Sequence record: NZ_CP120537.1
Length of the DNA: 64,000 bases
Strand: one strand, 5' to 3'
Source of the DNA: a plasmid
A program made the translations under genes and the position numbers. Positions 19,856 through 30,118 of the stretch are shown here, piece by piece. A model generated the notes under the pieces. It worked only from the letters and a program-made list of their open reading frames with translations. It was not told the origin of the DNA and did not search any database. Each line of letters opens with the position of its first letter. Position 1 is the first letter of the stretch.

Positions 19856-21744
19856 AACGGTTATTGATTGCATTATGTGGTGTGGGGGCTCTGTCACTGG
19901 GGTTTGCGGCCAATGATTATAAAGCAGGCTCAGAATTTGCGAATAGCCTGAAAAATAAAGGGACAGACACGATAAAAAACACCAATCCCGCCGACATTAT
20001 TCCGAACTATACCGCCAATCCGTCAGAAAGTGGCTATTACGGTGGGGTGACGTCAGGCGCAGCTTCGGGGCTGGAAAATGCCGGTATGAAAGCGATGAAT
20101 GACACCGATGCGGGACAAACCACGATGGAGGTCATGAAAAACCGACCACCGGATAAGTTAGATTTGGACGCCCCGTTCTTAAAAGCCGGCATTGATATGC
20201 GGGAAAAGGCGGAGTCAGAAAGCGGGCAAATTACGGTGCCGTGTCAGGATGTGACGCTGGATAAAACCGAAATCACGTCACACCAATGTGAGCGAACCCC
20301 AGCGGCCAGTTTAGCCTGTACTCGCACAGCCAAAATTACGTGGGAAGAGGATACACAATCGGTTTTGAAAGAAATTTATATCCCCAATGAACAAATCAAA
20401 TATCACAATGTGGGCAGAAAACCGATTGTTGGGACATTTAATCTTGATCAAGATGGGCGAATTGAAGCCTTTACGATGTATGCATGGGCAAGAAAATGCG
20501 CCCCCTACAATGAGCCATTGTTTCCGTGGCATACAGATCAGGTTATCAGTTTATGGGGATTAACACTGACGGATTTAAAACCGCAACGCACCTGTAATTG
20601 GAATGATATGGGAAATGCAAAAACGGTTGTTGCTACTAAGGCCGTTAATGTTAAAGAGGGAAAGCATCAGTTTACGATTTCATTAACGGGGCTTTGGCAA
20701 TACGGCAATATTACGGAAGGTAGCGTTGATTTATTGAATAAAAATCAATTAAGAATCAATTTGAAAATTAAGATGTGGGTACTCGAAAAAACGGTTAAAC
20801 CCAAAATTGAATGGGTTGAACATTGTCCGTTTGATAAATCTGAAGAAGTGAAAGTTGAAACCCAATGTACTGAAAAAGGGGGCACGAAAACCGTCACGGT
20901 GGGCGGTAAAAAATACGATGTTTACAGTGAATGTTGGCAGTACACCGATTATTACGCCAAGCAGTCGGCAGACAATGGCAGCTGCGGTGACTACATGAAA
21001 AATCCCGCTTGCACCATTGTCAAAACCACCTGTATTGAATCCGTTGGCAGTACGTGTTTGCGGGAGCAAGCGGTGTTTTCCTGTGAAAAAGGGCTGACCG
21101 GAGGCGGGAAAATGTGCGGCGTTGAGCTGATTTGTGCCAGCGGCGAGTGTGACCAAATCAAAAATGATAAAGCCAACAGCTTCCAAAAAGCGGTATCGGC
21201 GTTAGCAGCGGTGGCGGCGGCAGGCGAAGATGTGGCAGAGCTCAATGACGTGAATGTCAGGGCTTTTACAGGTCAGCGTTATACCTGTCGTAAAGCGGCT
21301 GCGGGGTTTAATAACTGCTGCAAAAGTGGTGGTTGGGGAAGTGATGTGGGGCTGGCGCACTGTGACAGTGAAGAAAAAGCGCTGGGTAAAGCCAAAAGTC
21401 GCAATCTGACCATTTATGTCGGTTCCTATTGCTCGAATAAAGTCCTCGGGGTGTGTCTTCAGAAGAAAGAAGCCTACTGCGTGTTTGACAGTAAGCTTGC
21501 CAAAATCGTGCAAGAGCAAGGACGTGGCGGGCAGTTACGCATTGGTTTTGGTAGCGCCAAAAACAGTGACTGTCGCGGTATCACCGTCGATGAATTGCAG
21601 GCCATTAACTTTGACCGACTGAATTTTGCGGATTTCTATTCCGATTTGGAATCGGGCACCGATATTCCGGCTGACCAAGAACTGATTGACCGCGTAAAAA
21701 ATCAAATCGCCAATGGCCTGCAAGGGCAAGGGGGACAAGGATGA
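19852..21744 (+). CDS. traN: TraN mating-pair stabilisation protein
   Basis: About 630 aa, signal peptide, very Cys-rich C-terminal half. Confidence 0.75.
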   Translation: MKRLLIALCGVGALSLGFAANDYKAGSEFANSLKNKGTDTIKNTNPADIIPNYTANPSESGYYGGVTSGAASGLENAGMKAMNDTDAGQTTMEVMKNRPPDKLDLDAPFLKAGIDMREKAESESGQITVPCQDVTLDKTEITSHQCERTPAASLACTRTAKITWEEDTQSVLKEIYIPNEQIKYHNVGRKPIVGTFNLDQDGRIEAFTMYAWARKCAPYNEPLFPWHTDQVISLWGLTLTDLKPQRTCNWNDMGNAKTVVATKAVNVKEGKHQFTISLTGLWQYGNITEGSVDLLNKNQLRINLKIKMWVLEKTVKPKIEWVEHCPFDKSEEVKVETQCTEKGGTKTVTVGGKKYDVYSECWQYTDYYAKQSADNGSCGDYMKNPACTIVKTTCIESVGSTCLREQAVFSCEKGLTGGGKMCGVELICASGECDQIKNDKANSFQKAVSALAAVAAAGEDVAELNDVNVRAFTGQRYTCRKAAAGFNNCCKSGGWGSDVGLAHCDSEEKALGKAKSRNLTIYVGSYCSNKVLGVCLQKKEAYCVFDSKLAKIVQEQGRGGQLRIGFGSAKNSDCRGITVDELQAINFDRLNFADFYSDLESGTDIPADQELIDRVKNQIANGLQGQGGQG

Positions 21745-22529
21745 CAAGACGGATTTTAATATTGCTCATCAGTCTGGTGATACCCGGAGCGGGATTGGCC
21801 AACAATGAGGAAAGGGTTGAAACGCGAACGTATGTGGATGAGCCCATCGTCGGTTGGCACTGGTACAACGAGCCTCAACCGGAAGACGAGGAAGAGCCGC
21901 CAGAGCCAGAGCAAATCCCACTTTCGACGTTATCACCGACGCTGCAAAAAAAGGTCATGCAAAAGTTGACAGAAGAAGCCTTAGACACCGCGATTATGCA
22001 ACCCTCGCCACAAAATGCCCTGCGATACATGGCGTATCAGCGCTTTTGGTTGGAGCAGTCCGGTAAGTTTGAGCGGTCAGTAAAAAAAGGGTTATTGCTT
22101 GACCCTACCCTTGATTACAACTTGGAGCACAGTCACTACAACAGTACGGTGCCATTGCAACTATCCCAACTGCAAGGCAAGGAAAAAGCGGCTATTCAAT
22201 CGTTATCGTCACAATACGGTGTGTTTTTCTTTTATCGCGGACAAGACCCACTGGATAACCAGTTAGCTACCGTGGTTCGGGAATTTGCACAGTCACACAG
22301 TATTGCTCTGATTCCCGTATCCGTTGATGGCGTTCGCAGTGAAGCACTGCCTGAGACTCGACCTGATACGGGGCAAGTCGCCAAAATGGGTATCACCCAT
22401 TTTCCGGCCTTGTTCTTAGTTGACCCGAAAAGTGAACATTACCAACCGCTTGCGTATGGGTTTATGACGCAAGATGCGTTAGCCCGCCGCTTTTTAGATG
22501 TCGCCACAGATTTTAAGCCTAATTATTAA
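21741..22529 (+). CDS. traF: TraF (thioredoxin-fold, non-catalytic)
   Basis: Signal peptide, 262 aa, position after traN. Confidence 0.65.
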   Translation: MTRRILILLISLVIPGAGLANNEERVETRTYVDEPIVGWHWYNEPQPEDEEEPPEPEQIPLSTLSPTLQKKVMQKLTEEALDTAIMQPSPQNALRYMAYQRFWLEQSGKFERSVKKGLLLDPTLDYNLEHSHYNSTVPLQLSQLQGKEKAAIQSLSSQYGVFFFYRGQDPLDNQLATVVREFAQSHSIALIPVSVDGVRSEALPETRPDTGQVAKMGITHFPALFLVDPKSEHYQPLAYGFMTQDALARRFLDVATDFKPNY

Positions 22530-22539
22530 GGATAAAGAC

Positions 22540-22842
22540 ATGACAAAACCCACGATAAAAGAACGATTAATTGAAAATACTTTGATTTACCTTGGCATGA
22601 CGTTGATTTTTGCCTCACTGATTTTTTATGGACTGATCCATTACTTAATCGATATTCGCCACGGCGTTTTAAGTGAGTCTACAAAGCAAACCCTTCAAAT
22701 GATACAAGAAACCGGCATGGTATTTATTTTCGCATTAGGGGCTGCGACGTGTTTGGCAGGGATGTTCTATGCCGTCATTAAAGCTTGGCAGCGCATTAAA
22801 GCCCCGACCGTTTTTCCGGAGGATGAGGAGAAAACATCGTGA
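22540..22842 (+). CDS. small inner-membrane protein (TraQ/TrbA-position)
   Basis: Two transmembrane segments; start refined to the Met after the AAGGA site. Confidence 0.3.
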   Translation: MTKPTIKERLIENTLIYLGMTLIFASLIFYGLIHYLIDIRHGVLSESTKQTLQMIQETGMVFIFALGAATCLAGMFYAVIKAWQRIKAPTVFPEDEEKTS

Positions 22843-23372
22843 GAATAATGATGTTAGCGATAATGTTGTTCTTCAGCGGTCTAGTTCAAGCGAGTGTGAT
22901 GGATGATATTGCGGAGCTTGAAGCGCATAAAACCGCCCCAACCGAGCGAGAAACCGTCATTGAAGAAGAAACACCGCCATCAAAAATCAATACCGTTGTA
23001 GTTAAACCGTACCGATTACCCAACGGAAAGGTCGTCAATTTAAATGATTATACCTTGGTGTTGTTTATGCAAGCTAAGTGCCCGTATTGCCAGCAGTTTG
23101 ACCCGCAATTAGCCTTACTGTCAGCGCAAACGGGATTTAAGGTTTTTGCGTACACGCTCGATGGTCAAGGCGATATGGCGTTTCCCAATGCGATACCCGC
23201 GCCCGCTGAAGTGGTGCAAACTTTTTTTGGGGCAGGGATGCAAGTTGTGACGCCTTCCGTGTTTTTGGTGGAGGTCAATACCTTACGAACATACCCACTG
23301 CTACAAGGGCTGACGGATATGCAGGATGTGATGAACCGAATCAACAGTAACTTAATGTTGGCGACACAATAA
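22839..23372 (+). CDS. trbB: TrbB thioredoxin-like disulfide isomerase
   Basis: Signal peptide plus CPYC active-site motif. Confidence 0.6.
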   Translation: MRIMMLAIMLFFSGLVQASVMDDIAELEAHKTAPTERETVIEEETPPSKINTVVVKPYRLPNGKVVNLNDYTLVLFMQAKCPYCQQFDPQLALLSAQTGFKVFAYTLDGQGDMAFPNAIPAPAEVVQTFFGAGMQVVTPSVFLVEVNTLRTYPLLQGLTDMQDVMNRINSNLMLATQ

Positions 23373-23499
23373 AGGAGATTTGGTGACTGAAAATGCGTAA
23401 AGCGCAAAAAGATGTGTAAGAAGTACTTTTTTTAGTGCTAAGTCTGTGGGGATATTTTACTGCTGACCTATTTTATCATTTGAAAATAGAGAACGTATT

Positions 23500-23901
23500 A
23501 TGCCAAATAATCAGGTGGATACTGCAATCCAAGATGAGATAAATCGTGATAAAAATGCAAAACTCCAAAAAAGAATTCGTGAATTAAGAAAATACCAATC
23601 CTGTGAAGCGAAACGCCAAGACCAGAGCGCTTCTGAGTTTATTGGTTATGCTATCGCAGGTTTGGTTCTTTGGTTTGTGATGCATAAGGCGTTTGAGATG
23701 GCATGCTGGCCTGATAGTGAACTCGATGCTGACCCTAACTACTTAGGAACAAAAGGACTGTGGAATGTGGTGATGTATGTTGTGCCCTTTTGTTTTTGGG
23801 GTATTGCGATAAAACACCTTGTGATAGGGGTATTTTCTTGGATCGAATATTACTTTGCACAGTTTAAAATCACTCGGTTGAAAAAGAAGTTAGCCAAATG
23901 A
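23500..23901 (+). CDS. hypothetical membrane protein inserted in the tra operon
   Basis: 133 aa with two or three transmembrane segments. Has its own upstream intergenic region. Confidence 0.35.
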   Translation: MPNNQVDTAIQDEINRDKNAKLQKRIRELRKYQSCEAKRQDQSASEFIGYAIAGLVLWFVMHKAFEMACWPDSELDADPNYLGTKGLWNVVMYVVPFCFWGIAIKHLVIGVFSWIEYYFAQFKITRLKKKLAK

Positions 23902-24293
23902 AAAAGCGAGATTATCACATTATCGACCCACTGATTGAACCACTGGTGAAAACCTTCAATCAATGCGGTTTTAGCACTTATGCTTCCTGCCAAGGGCATG
24001 GTTGGCCTGTTGACTATCGGAAGCCCTATATCGCGTTTATATCGACAACTGAACATGCAGGGCGGCTTGAACAGCGCTTGCGGGAGGATATGGAATCCCC
24101 ATTACCCAAGCTTAACTGGGGATGGATGATTGGCTGCGGGTTTAATGACGCTTATCAATTGTGTTTTTCACTGCGGCTTTGTGGCCATCGCCGAGGGTAT
24201 TATCGCTACTGGCGGCCGTCAATCATCCATGATTTTGCGGTTATCGAGAAGATGCTCCTCACCGAGTTTGGTTCTCATTCTTCAATGGAATAA
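23898..24293 (+). CDS. hypothetical Cys/His-rich cytoplasmic protein, translationally coupled to the preceding ORF
   Basis: 131 aa. ATGA overlap with the previous ORF. No signal peptide. Confidence 0.35.
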   Translation: MKKRDYHIIDPLIEPLVKTFNQCGFSTYASCQGHGWPVDYRKPYIAFISTTEHAGRLEQRLREDMESPLPKLNWGWMIGCGFNDAYQLCFSLRLCGHRRGYYRYWRPSIIHDFAVIEKMLLTEFGSHSSME

Positions 24294-24488
24294 CGCTATT
24301 TCGCTCGTTATCTCCCTTTAATCTCACTTTACTCTTTAATGCCGACACGCAATAGCTTGCGGATGATGGCACTCAATAAGGTTTACCCACAATGAATGAT
24401 TTAATCAACCCTATTCCTTGCCGGAATAAGGCGATAAACCCTGCCTTATTCTCGTGTTGGCCTATTTATCTTCAATCCGGAGGCCCTA

Positions 24489-25865
24489 ATGCGTAAAGGA
24501 CTCATTGCTGTCATTTGTTCGGCATTACTCAATCAAACCGTGGCGGTTGCCAATGTGAACAGTGATATGAATAACTTCTTCAATAAGTTGGGCTTCGAAG
24601 GCAATGCCACCGATGCCCGTGCTTGGGAAGGTCAGGCCGCAGGTTATGCCACAGGCGGTAATTTATTCCTGCGTAGCCAAGTGAAGCAGTTGCAAATTGC
24701 GTCATTCACGCCGCCATCCATCAATGCGGGGTGTGGGGGGATTGATGCCTACCTTGGGTCTTTTTCTTATATGAACAGTGAGCAGCTGCAGCAATTTATC
24801 AAACAGATGATGACCAATGGGGCAGGATATTTATTTGATTTGGCATTGCAAACGACTGTACCTGAACTGAAATCGGCGAAAGATTTTGTGCAAAAAATGG
24901 CGTCAGATATCAATAGTATGAATATTTCATCGTGTCAGGCCGCCCAAGGCATTATTGGCGGGCTGTGGCCCACCAATACCGTGGCCTCACAAAAAATCTG
25001 TCAGGATATTGGCGGGGCGACCAATTTGTTTGAGGACTGGGCGGCTTCACGTCAAGGATGTACGGTCGGCGGGCAGATGAACAATGCCTTTAATAAAGCC
25101 CCTGAGAACATGAAAGACCAAATCATGCAGAATAAAAACTTGATGTGGGAAATCTTGGCCAAAAGTCAGTTTTTATCCGGCGATAACGAGTTAAAAGAGT
25201 TGGTCATGAACCTGACAGGTACACTCATTTTTGATGCCAAAGGAAATGTTAAAAGCACCATTCCCAAAGTGAACCGCCAAGAACTCATCAAAACCTTGAT
25301 GGAAGGCGGCACGATGACCATTGAGGGATGTGTGTCTACCGTGGATTGTCTGGAGCTAAAAAGCAAAAAAATCACCATCAGCAGTCAAAATGGGCTTATC
25401 TCCATGACCAAAACCATGATTGAAGGCATTCAAGGCAAGTTACGCAGTGATGAGGGGTTAAGTGCCAAAGAAAAAGGCTTTATTCAAAGTACCTCTATCC
25501 CGATTTTGAAGTATTTGGTTGACCCGATGCAACTAAATATTCAAGCCAATTTATTACCGGCCCTGGCCGATTATATTGCTTATGACATTTTACTTCAGTA
25601 CCTGCAGGAGTTGATTGACCAAGCTAAAGGGGCAATGGGAAGCCGAAATTACATGGAAGAAGCGGTGAAGCCGCTACGAGAAAATATCGCTGAAGCCTCA
25701 CGCCAATTGGAATCCCTGCAGCAAATGGTCAACACCAAGGCCAATGTCTTGATTGAGCTGGAGCGACAAATGAGTTACTTGCGCCAACAAACCTCCAGTC
25801 AGCTGCAAGAGCGTTTTATGCAAAACACCCGCTTTAATATCGTCAATCCTGAAACACAAAAATAA
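24489..25865 (+). CDS. traH: TraH
   Basis: 458 aa, signal peptide, C-terminal coiled coil; position before traG. Confidence 0.75.
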   Translation: MRKGLIAVICSALLNQTVAVANVNSDMNNFFNKLGFEGNATDARAWEGQAAGYATGGNLFLRSQVKQLQIASFTPPSINAGCGGIDAYLGSFSYMNSEQLQQFIKQMMTNGAGYLFDLALQTTVPELKSAKDFVQKMASDINSMNISSCQAAQGIIGGLWPTNTVASQKICQDIGGATNLFEDWAASRQGCTVGGQMNNAFNKAPENMKDQIMQNKNLMWEILAKSQFLSGDNELKELVMNLTGTLIFDAKGNVKSTIPKVNRQELIKTLMEGGTMTIEGCVSTVDCLELKSKKITISSQNGLISMTKTMIEGIQGKLRSDEGLSAKEKGFIQSTSIPILKYLVDPMQLNIQANLLPALADYIAYDILLQYLQELIDQAKGAMGSRNYMEEAVKPLRENIAEASRQLESLQQMVNTKANVLIELERQMSYLRQQTSSQLQERFMQNTRFNIVNPETQK

Positions 25866-25877
25866 AGGAGCCGCAAT

Positions 25878-28769
25878 ATGGCCGTGATAGATACCGTCTA
25901 TGTGCTCGGCGGCGGTGAATACATGATGCAAGTATTCAACGGCGTCGCTGCATTGATAGGCTCTGATACATGGGACTCGATGTTCCGCATTGTATTATCG
26001 ATTTCTGCGGTATCCGTATTGATATCGTTTATGAAAGCCCATGACCCGAAAGAGCTAATTAAATTTACAGCTATCATTGTGTTGGTCTCCAGTGTGTTGT
26101 TAGTACCCAAACGAACAGTCCAAATTATTGACCGTACCAACCCGACGGGGGTCTATTTAGTCGATAATGTCCCGTTAGGGTTAGCGGCACCGGCTAAATT
26201 TATTACCTCGATTGGAACGGGATTGACTGAGTTGTATGACATGATATTCCATACCCCTGACTCATTAACCTACAGTAAAACCGGCATGTTGTTTGGGGCA
26301 AATCTGGTCGGTAATCTCAGCGATGCGATGATGGTTGATGGAGATTTGGCGGAATTGATGGGGCTTTACACCAAAAACTGTGTCATCGGGGATATTTTAA
26401 TTAACCATAAATATTCGTTTCAAGAACTGATGAGTAGCCGTGACCCTTATACGCTCATTTTCCAAAAACCAAGCCCGTTACGCGGCATTATTGTGCCCTA
26501 CGGTAACACCGCTGCCGTTGGCGCTAATGGTGTTGCACAAAGTGGTTTCTGGACGTGTGCAGATATAGCAAAACATGTCTTAATGCCAAAACTCAATATC
26601 GATACACAAACGGGTGGAAAAACCTGGAATTACATGGTGAAACAAATCTTTGGCGGCCGTCCTGATGCCAATGTGTTGTACAGTAATATGATGGGCGATA
26701 GCTATAACTTTTATTACCAGGGGTCAGAAACTGCCAGTCAGTTGATGCGAAATTCCGTGGTGATGAACGCGCTTAAAAACGGCATCAGTGCTTACAGTGC
26801 GCAAAGCGGTGATACCGCCAGTTTAGTGAACTTAGCCTCCACGTCGTCATACAATAAAATGCGATTAAGTTGGGCGACGTCATCCCAAGTGGCGGTTTCC
26901 TTTGTACCGATATTGAATACCATTTTGTTGTCGTTAGTGATTGCGCTTTTTCCTATCTTTATCTTACTGGCGGTCATTCATTCACTTTCGGTGAAAATGT
27001 TATTCAACTACATCATGTCCATCATTTACCTGCAATCCTGGCCGCCGATGTTTGCCATTTTAAATTATGCGACCAGTTTTTACTTACAGGGAAAAACTAA
27101 CGGCTTAGATTTTAATCTGGCGAATCAAGCCAGTATCCAACAAATGCACAGTGATATCGGGTTAATTGCCGGTTGGTTATCCATATCGATACCCTTTATT
27201 GCAGTTGCAATAGTGAAAGGATTAGGTCCTGCAATCGCGCAAGCGGGGAACTATTTAGGCACCGCCATCAACAGTTCGGCGACAGCCACTTCCTCACAAG
27301 CGGCGGACGGAACCTGGTCATTTAATAATATGCAAACGGGGAATGTAGCAGGCAATAAATGGGATACCAATGCCAGCTTCCGTGATGGTCAGATGACACG
27401 GCAACTGGCCAGTGGGGCAAGCAGCACGGTAACCAGTAGTGGCCAAGAAGTGATGGATATCAGTGGCGCGATGTCGAGATTACCGGTATCCATTAAAGGC
27501 AGTGAGGCAGTGGTGAGTTCGTTACAACAAAGTGCGAAGTTCGCTAAAACTCAAGCCGCGCAGTCGCTGAGTGCGTTCCAAAGTTCAGTGAATTCCGCAT
27601 GGAATCAAGCGTCACAATTTACTAAGCAATTTGGTAACAGTGCAACAGCATCAACCTCTACAGATTCGGGATTGAGTGGCAATCAGGCCGAAGGCTTTAA
27701 GAAAGTGATTAACGCCACAGAAACGCGAGCAAAAAATGACAACATTAGCAATGAAGAGGCATTTGCCAAGCTCTTGAGTGAGAGCTTTGATGCGTCTAAA
27801 ACCATGGGGGCAAAAGCGGAAGGCGGGATATCACTCCCAGTTATTGGGGGAGCTCAAGCATATACCGATGGTAATACCCGAGATACGGACAGTAAGCAAA
27901 GCAGCGTACAAGAGCGAAGTTCAAGGCATCAAGATACACGCAGTGAATCTGGTTCACAAACGAACCGCGACTTTACTGAAGGCTTAGATATGCTCAATAG
28001 CAGCAAAATCTCGGAAGGAACCAATCGACACGATAATGAGGCGAATTCAGAGATTAATCAAATTGTTGCAACACTGAATGTAGCGAAAAACCAATATGAG
28101 CAATACTCAAATAGCTTAACGGAAAGTAAGGAGTTAAGTGATATGGCGAGCTTCGCTCAAAATAACAGTGCGCAGATTGACAGTAATTTAGATCAAGAGT
28201 TTGCCAGCTACGTCAGGCAAAAAGCACCAAGTCAAGCAGATGAATTACTCAGTAATACCAGTGATATCCGTGTGGCAAAAGAAAGGGATGCTTTGGCTCA
28301 ATCGTTTGTCAAAGAGCGGTTACTACCAAAACTGGAGAGTGAATACTCTCAAAATCGTGGAAATATCGAAGCTAAAGGTGCAGCTGCTTCAGGTGGAAAT
28401 CTACCCTCATCGAGTGATTTAATTGCTGAACATGAATCCAATGACAAACGGATTAAATCGATGAGTGAAGGAGCAGAAATAAAACATGATACAGCTCAAA
28501 ATGTACTCGCAAAAGAGGCGTCAACAAAAGGAAATATTGCTAATATTAAAAATGATATAGAGAAAGGAAAAAAAGAAATTGACCTACGAAAAAATGAGCT
28601 TGAAATTAATCATCAAGTAGAGATAAAAAAACAAGAAACAAAGTTTAAAGAGGAGCAAGATCATAAGAAAAAAGCTGGTTTAATAGTGGATGATCGGCCG
28701 ATAGAAAAGAAACCAGGCTCTAATGGAATAATGGATCCTGAGGATTTTTACAAAAAAAATAGTGATTGA
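25878..28769 (+). CDS. traG: TraG (N-terminal membrane domain plus C-terminal mating-pair stabilisation domain)
   Basis: 963 aa, polytopic N-terminus, long Ser/Gln-rich C-terminal region. Confidence 0.8.
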   Translation: MAVIDTVYVLGGGEYMMQVFNGVAALIGSDTWDSMFRIVLSISAVSVLISFMKAHDPKELIKFTAIIVLVSSVLLVPKRTVQIIDRTNPTGVYLVDNVPLGLAAPAKFITSIGTGLTELYDMIFHTPDSLTYSKTGMLFGANLVGNLSDAMMVDGDLAELMGLYTKNCVIGDILINHKYSFQELMSSRDPYTLIFQKPSPLRGIIVPYGNTAAVGANGVAQSGFWTCADIAKHVLMPKLNIDTQTGGKTWNYMVKQIFGGRPDANVLYSNMMGDSYNFYYQGSETASQLMRNSVVMNALKNGISAYSAQSGDTASLVNLASTSSYNKMRLSWATSSQVAVSFVPILNTILLSLVIALFPIFILLAVIHSLSVKMLFNYIMSIIYLQSWPPMFAILNYATSFYLQGKTNGLDFNLANQASIQQMHSDIGLIAGWLSISIPFIAVAIVKGLGPAIAQAGNYLGTAINSSATATSSQAADGTWSFNNMQTGNVAGNKWDTNASFRDGQMTRQLASGASSTVTSSGQEVMDISGAMSRLPVSIKGSEAVVSSLQQSAKFAKTQAAQSLSAFQSSVNSAWNQASQFTKQFGNSATASTSTDSGLSGNQAEGFKKVINATETRAKNDNISNEEAFAKLLSESFDASKTMGAKAEGGISLPVIGGAQAYTDGNTRDTDSKQSSVQERSSRHQDTRSESGSQTNRDFTEGLDMLNSSKISEGTNRHDNEANSEINQIVATLNVAKNQYEQYSNSLTESKELSDMASFAQNNSAQIDSNLDQEFASYVRQKAPSQADELLSNTSDIRVAKERDALAQSFVKERLLPKLESEYSQNRGNIEAKGAAASGGNLPSSSDLIAEHESNDKRIKSMSEGAEIKHDTAQNVLAKEASTKGNIANIKNDIEKGKKEIDLRKNELEINHQVEIKKQETKFKEEQDHKKKAGLIVDDRPIEKKPGSNGIMDPEDFYKKNSD

Positions 28770-28820
28770 GTCTGCATTTTAGGTTAAATAGTAGTTATTA
28801 GATTAAATTAAGGAATTAAA

Positions 28821-29318
28821 ATGGTAAAAAGAATCAGTGTTTTTATTTTGATTTTTGTTTCATTCTTTTCTTATTCAAAAGTAAGTGTTATAGGATTAAT
28901 AATAAATCAAGATACTAAAAAAATAGTGGCTGAAAAATACACTATAAAAAATGACAAGTCTCAATGGAGATGGGATTTGCTTCCAATGGAAGTGAAAGTT
29001 GATCATATCAAAAAAGCAGACGTTTCATTTGATGGCGATATTTTAAAAGGTGTGTGGCTTACATTACCTAAAGATAATTTTAATTATTTCAATGAAATAC
29101 TAAAAAACAAATATGCATTGAAAGAAGAAAATACACCATTTTTAGGTGATAAGTATGCTATTTTTGAAAAAGAAAATGTTATTATTTGGATTCAGGCAAA
29201 ACATATGTCTTTTGATATGAATGTTGTATATATGGATAAAGTATTTAAAGAAAAACTAGAAAAAGATATTAATGAAATAAAACAAGAAAGCAGAGAACGA
29301 CTCATTGAACAACTATAA
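28821..29318 (+). CDS. hypothetical protein at the TraS/TraT (exclusion) position
   Basis: N-terminal hydrophobic segment, Lys-rich, AT-rich. Confidence 0.3.
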   Translation: MVKRISVFILIFVSFFSYSKVSVIGLIINQDTKKIVAEKYTIKNDKSQWRWDLLPMEVKVDHIKKADVSFDGDILKGVWLTLPKDNFNYFNEILKNKYALKEENTPFLGDKYAIFEKENVIIWIQAKHMSFDMNVVYMDKVFKEKLEKDINEIKQESRERLIEQL

Positions 29319-29406
29319 TCCTAACGCACTTCGTTTGTTAACAGTCTATTCCCCTTAATAATAAATTTTTCAGGGGAATAGACTGTCTCGTCTCAAGAGG
29401 TTTCCA

Positions 29407-29613
29407 ATGGCTGATGAAATTGATGTCTCTCAAGCTGAGAGCGATTTTTTGCTGTCTCTAAGATTGAGTCAACGTGCTCAATATCAGGGGCAGAGTGCAA
29501 AAGTTTGCGTCGAGTGCGGTGATAATATCCCGCTGGCTCGTCGAATCGCCTTACCTGGTGTTCAGCACTGCGTGGGTTGTGTCGAGCGCCAAGAGTTGTT
29601 CCGTTCCAGATAA
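29407..29613 (+). CDS. traR: TraR/DksA-family C4 zinc-finger protein
   Basis: CVECGDNIPLARR...CVGC motif. Confidence 0.6.
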   Translation: MADEIDVSQAESDFLLSLRLSQRAQYQGQSAKVCVECGDNIPLARRIALPGVQHCVGCVERQELFRSR

Positions 29614-29665
29614 TGATTTTTCACATTCATACCCCGAATTTTTCCAAATATCTATTGAGGTTACA

Positions 29666-30055
29666 ATGAAAAATATAATCCGTAATAAAGCGGTGTTCGC
29701 TTTATCGTTACTATTTTTGTCAAATATCACCTATTCATCAGAAGAAAAGAATAAACTTGATGAAGTTATGCTTTATTTTACATTATCTCAATGCAGTGAG
29801 TACGTGATTGGTACTCAACATCCCGATAAAACGCTTGATGACAATATAACAACTTATTTGGATTATCTTAGAATAGACAAAAAGGATATTTCGTTTCTCT
29901 CACAAGAAATCATTAAATTTAAAGACACCTTACCCACATTAGACCCTGTGTTATTTAAAGATAATGAAAATAGAGATAAAGAAGTTTCATTTTGTGCAAT
30001 AGCCTCAGCGCATTATATTGAACAGTTAAAGAATAAATTGGGATTAACAAAATAA
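29666..30055 (+). CDS. secreted hypothetical protein
   Basis: Signal peptide MKNIIRNKAVFALSLLFLSNITYS. Start refined within ORF 29474-30055. Confidence 0.4.
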   Translation: MKNIIRNKAVFALSLLFLSNITYSSEEKNKLDEVMLYFTLSQCSEYVIGTQHPDKTLDDNITTYLDYLRIDKKDISFLSQEIIKFKDTLPTLDPVLFKDNENRDKEVSFCAIASAHYIEQLKNKLGLTK

Positions 30056-30118
30056 GTGACCTTCCTTCTCCGACTTTAAATCCTATTTTTTTTCTTATTA
30101 ATTTAGAGTGATTTCATT

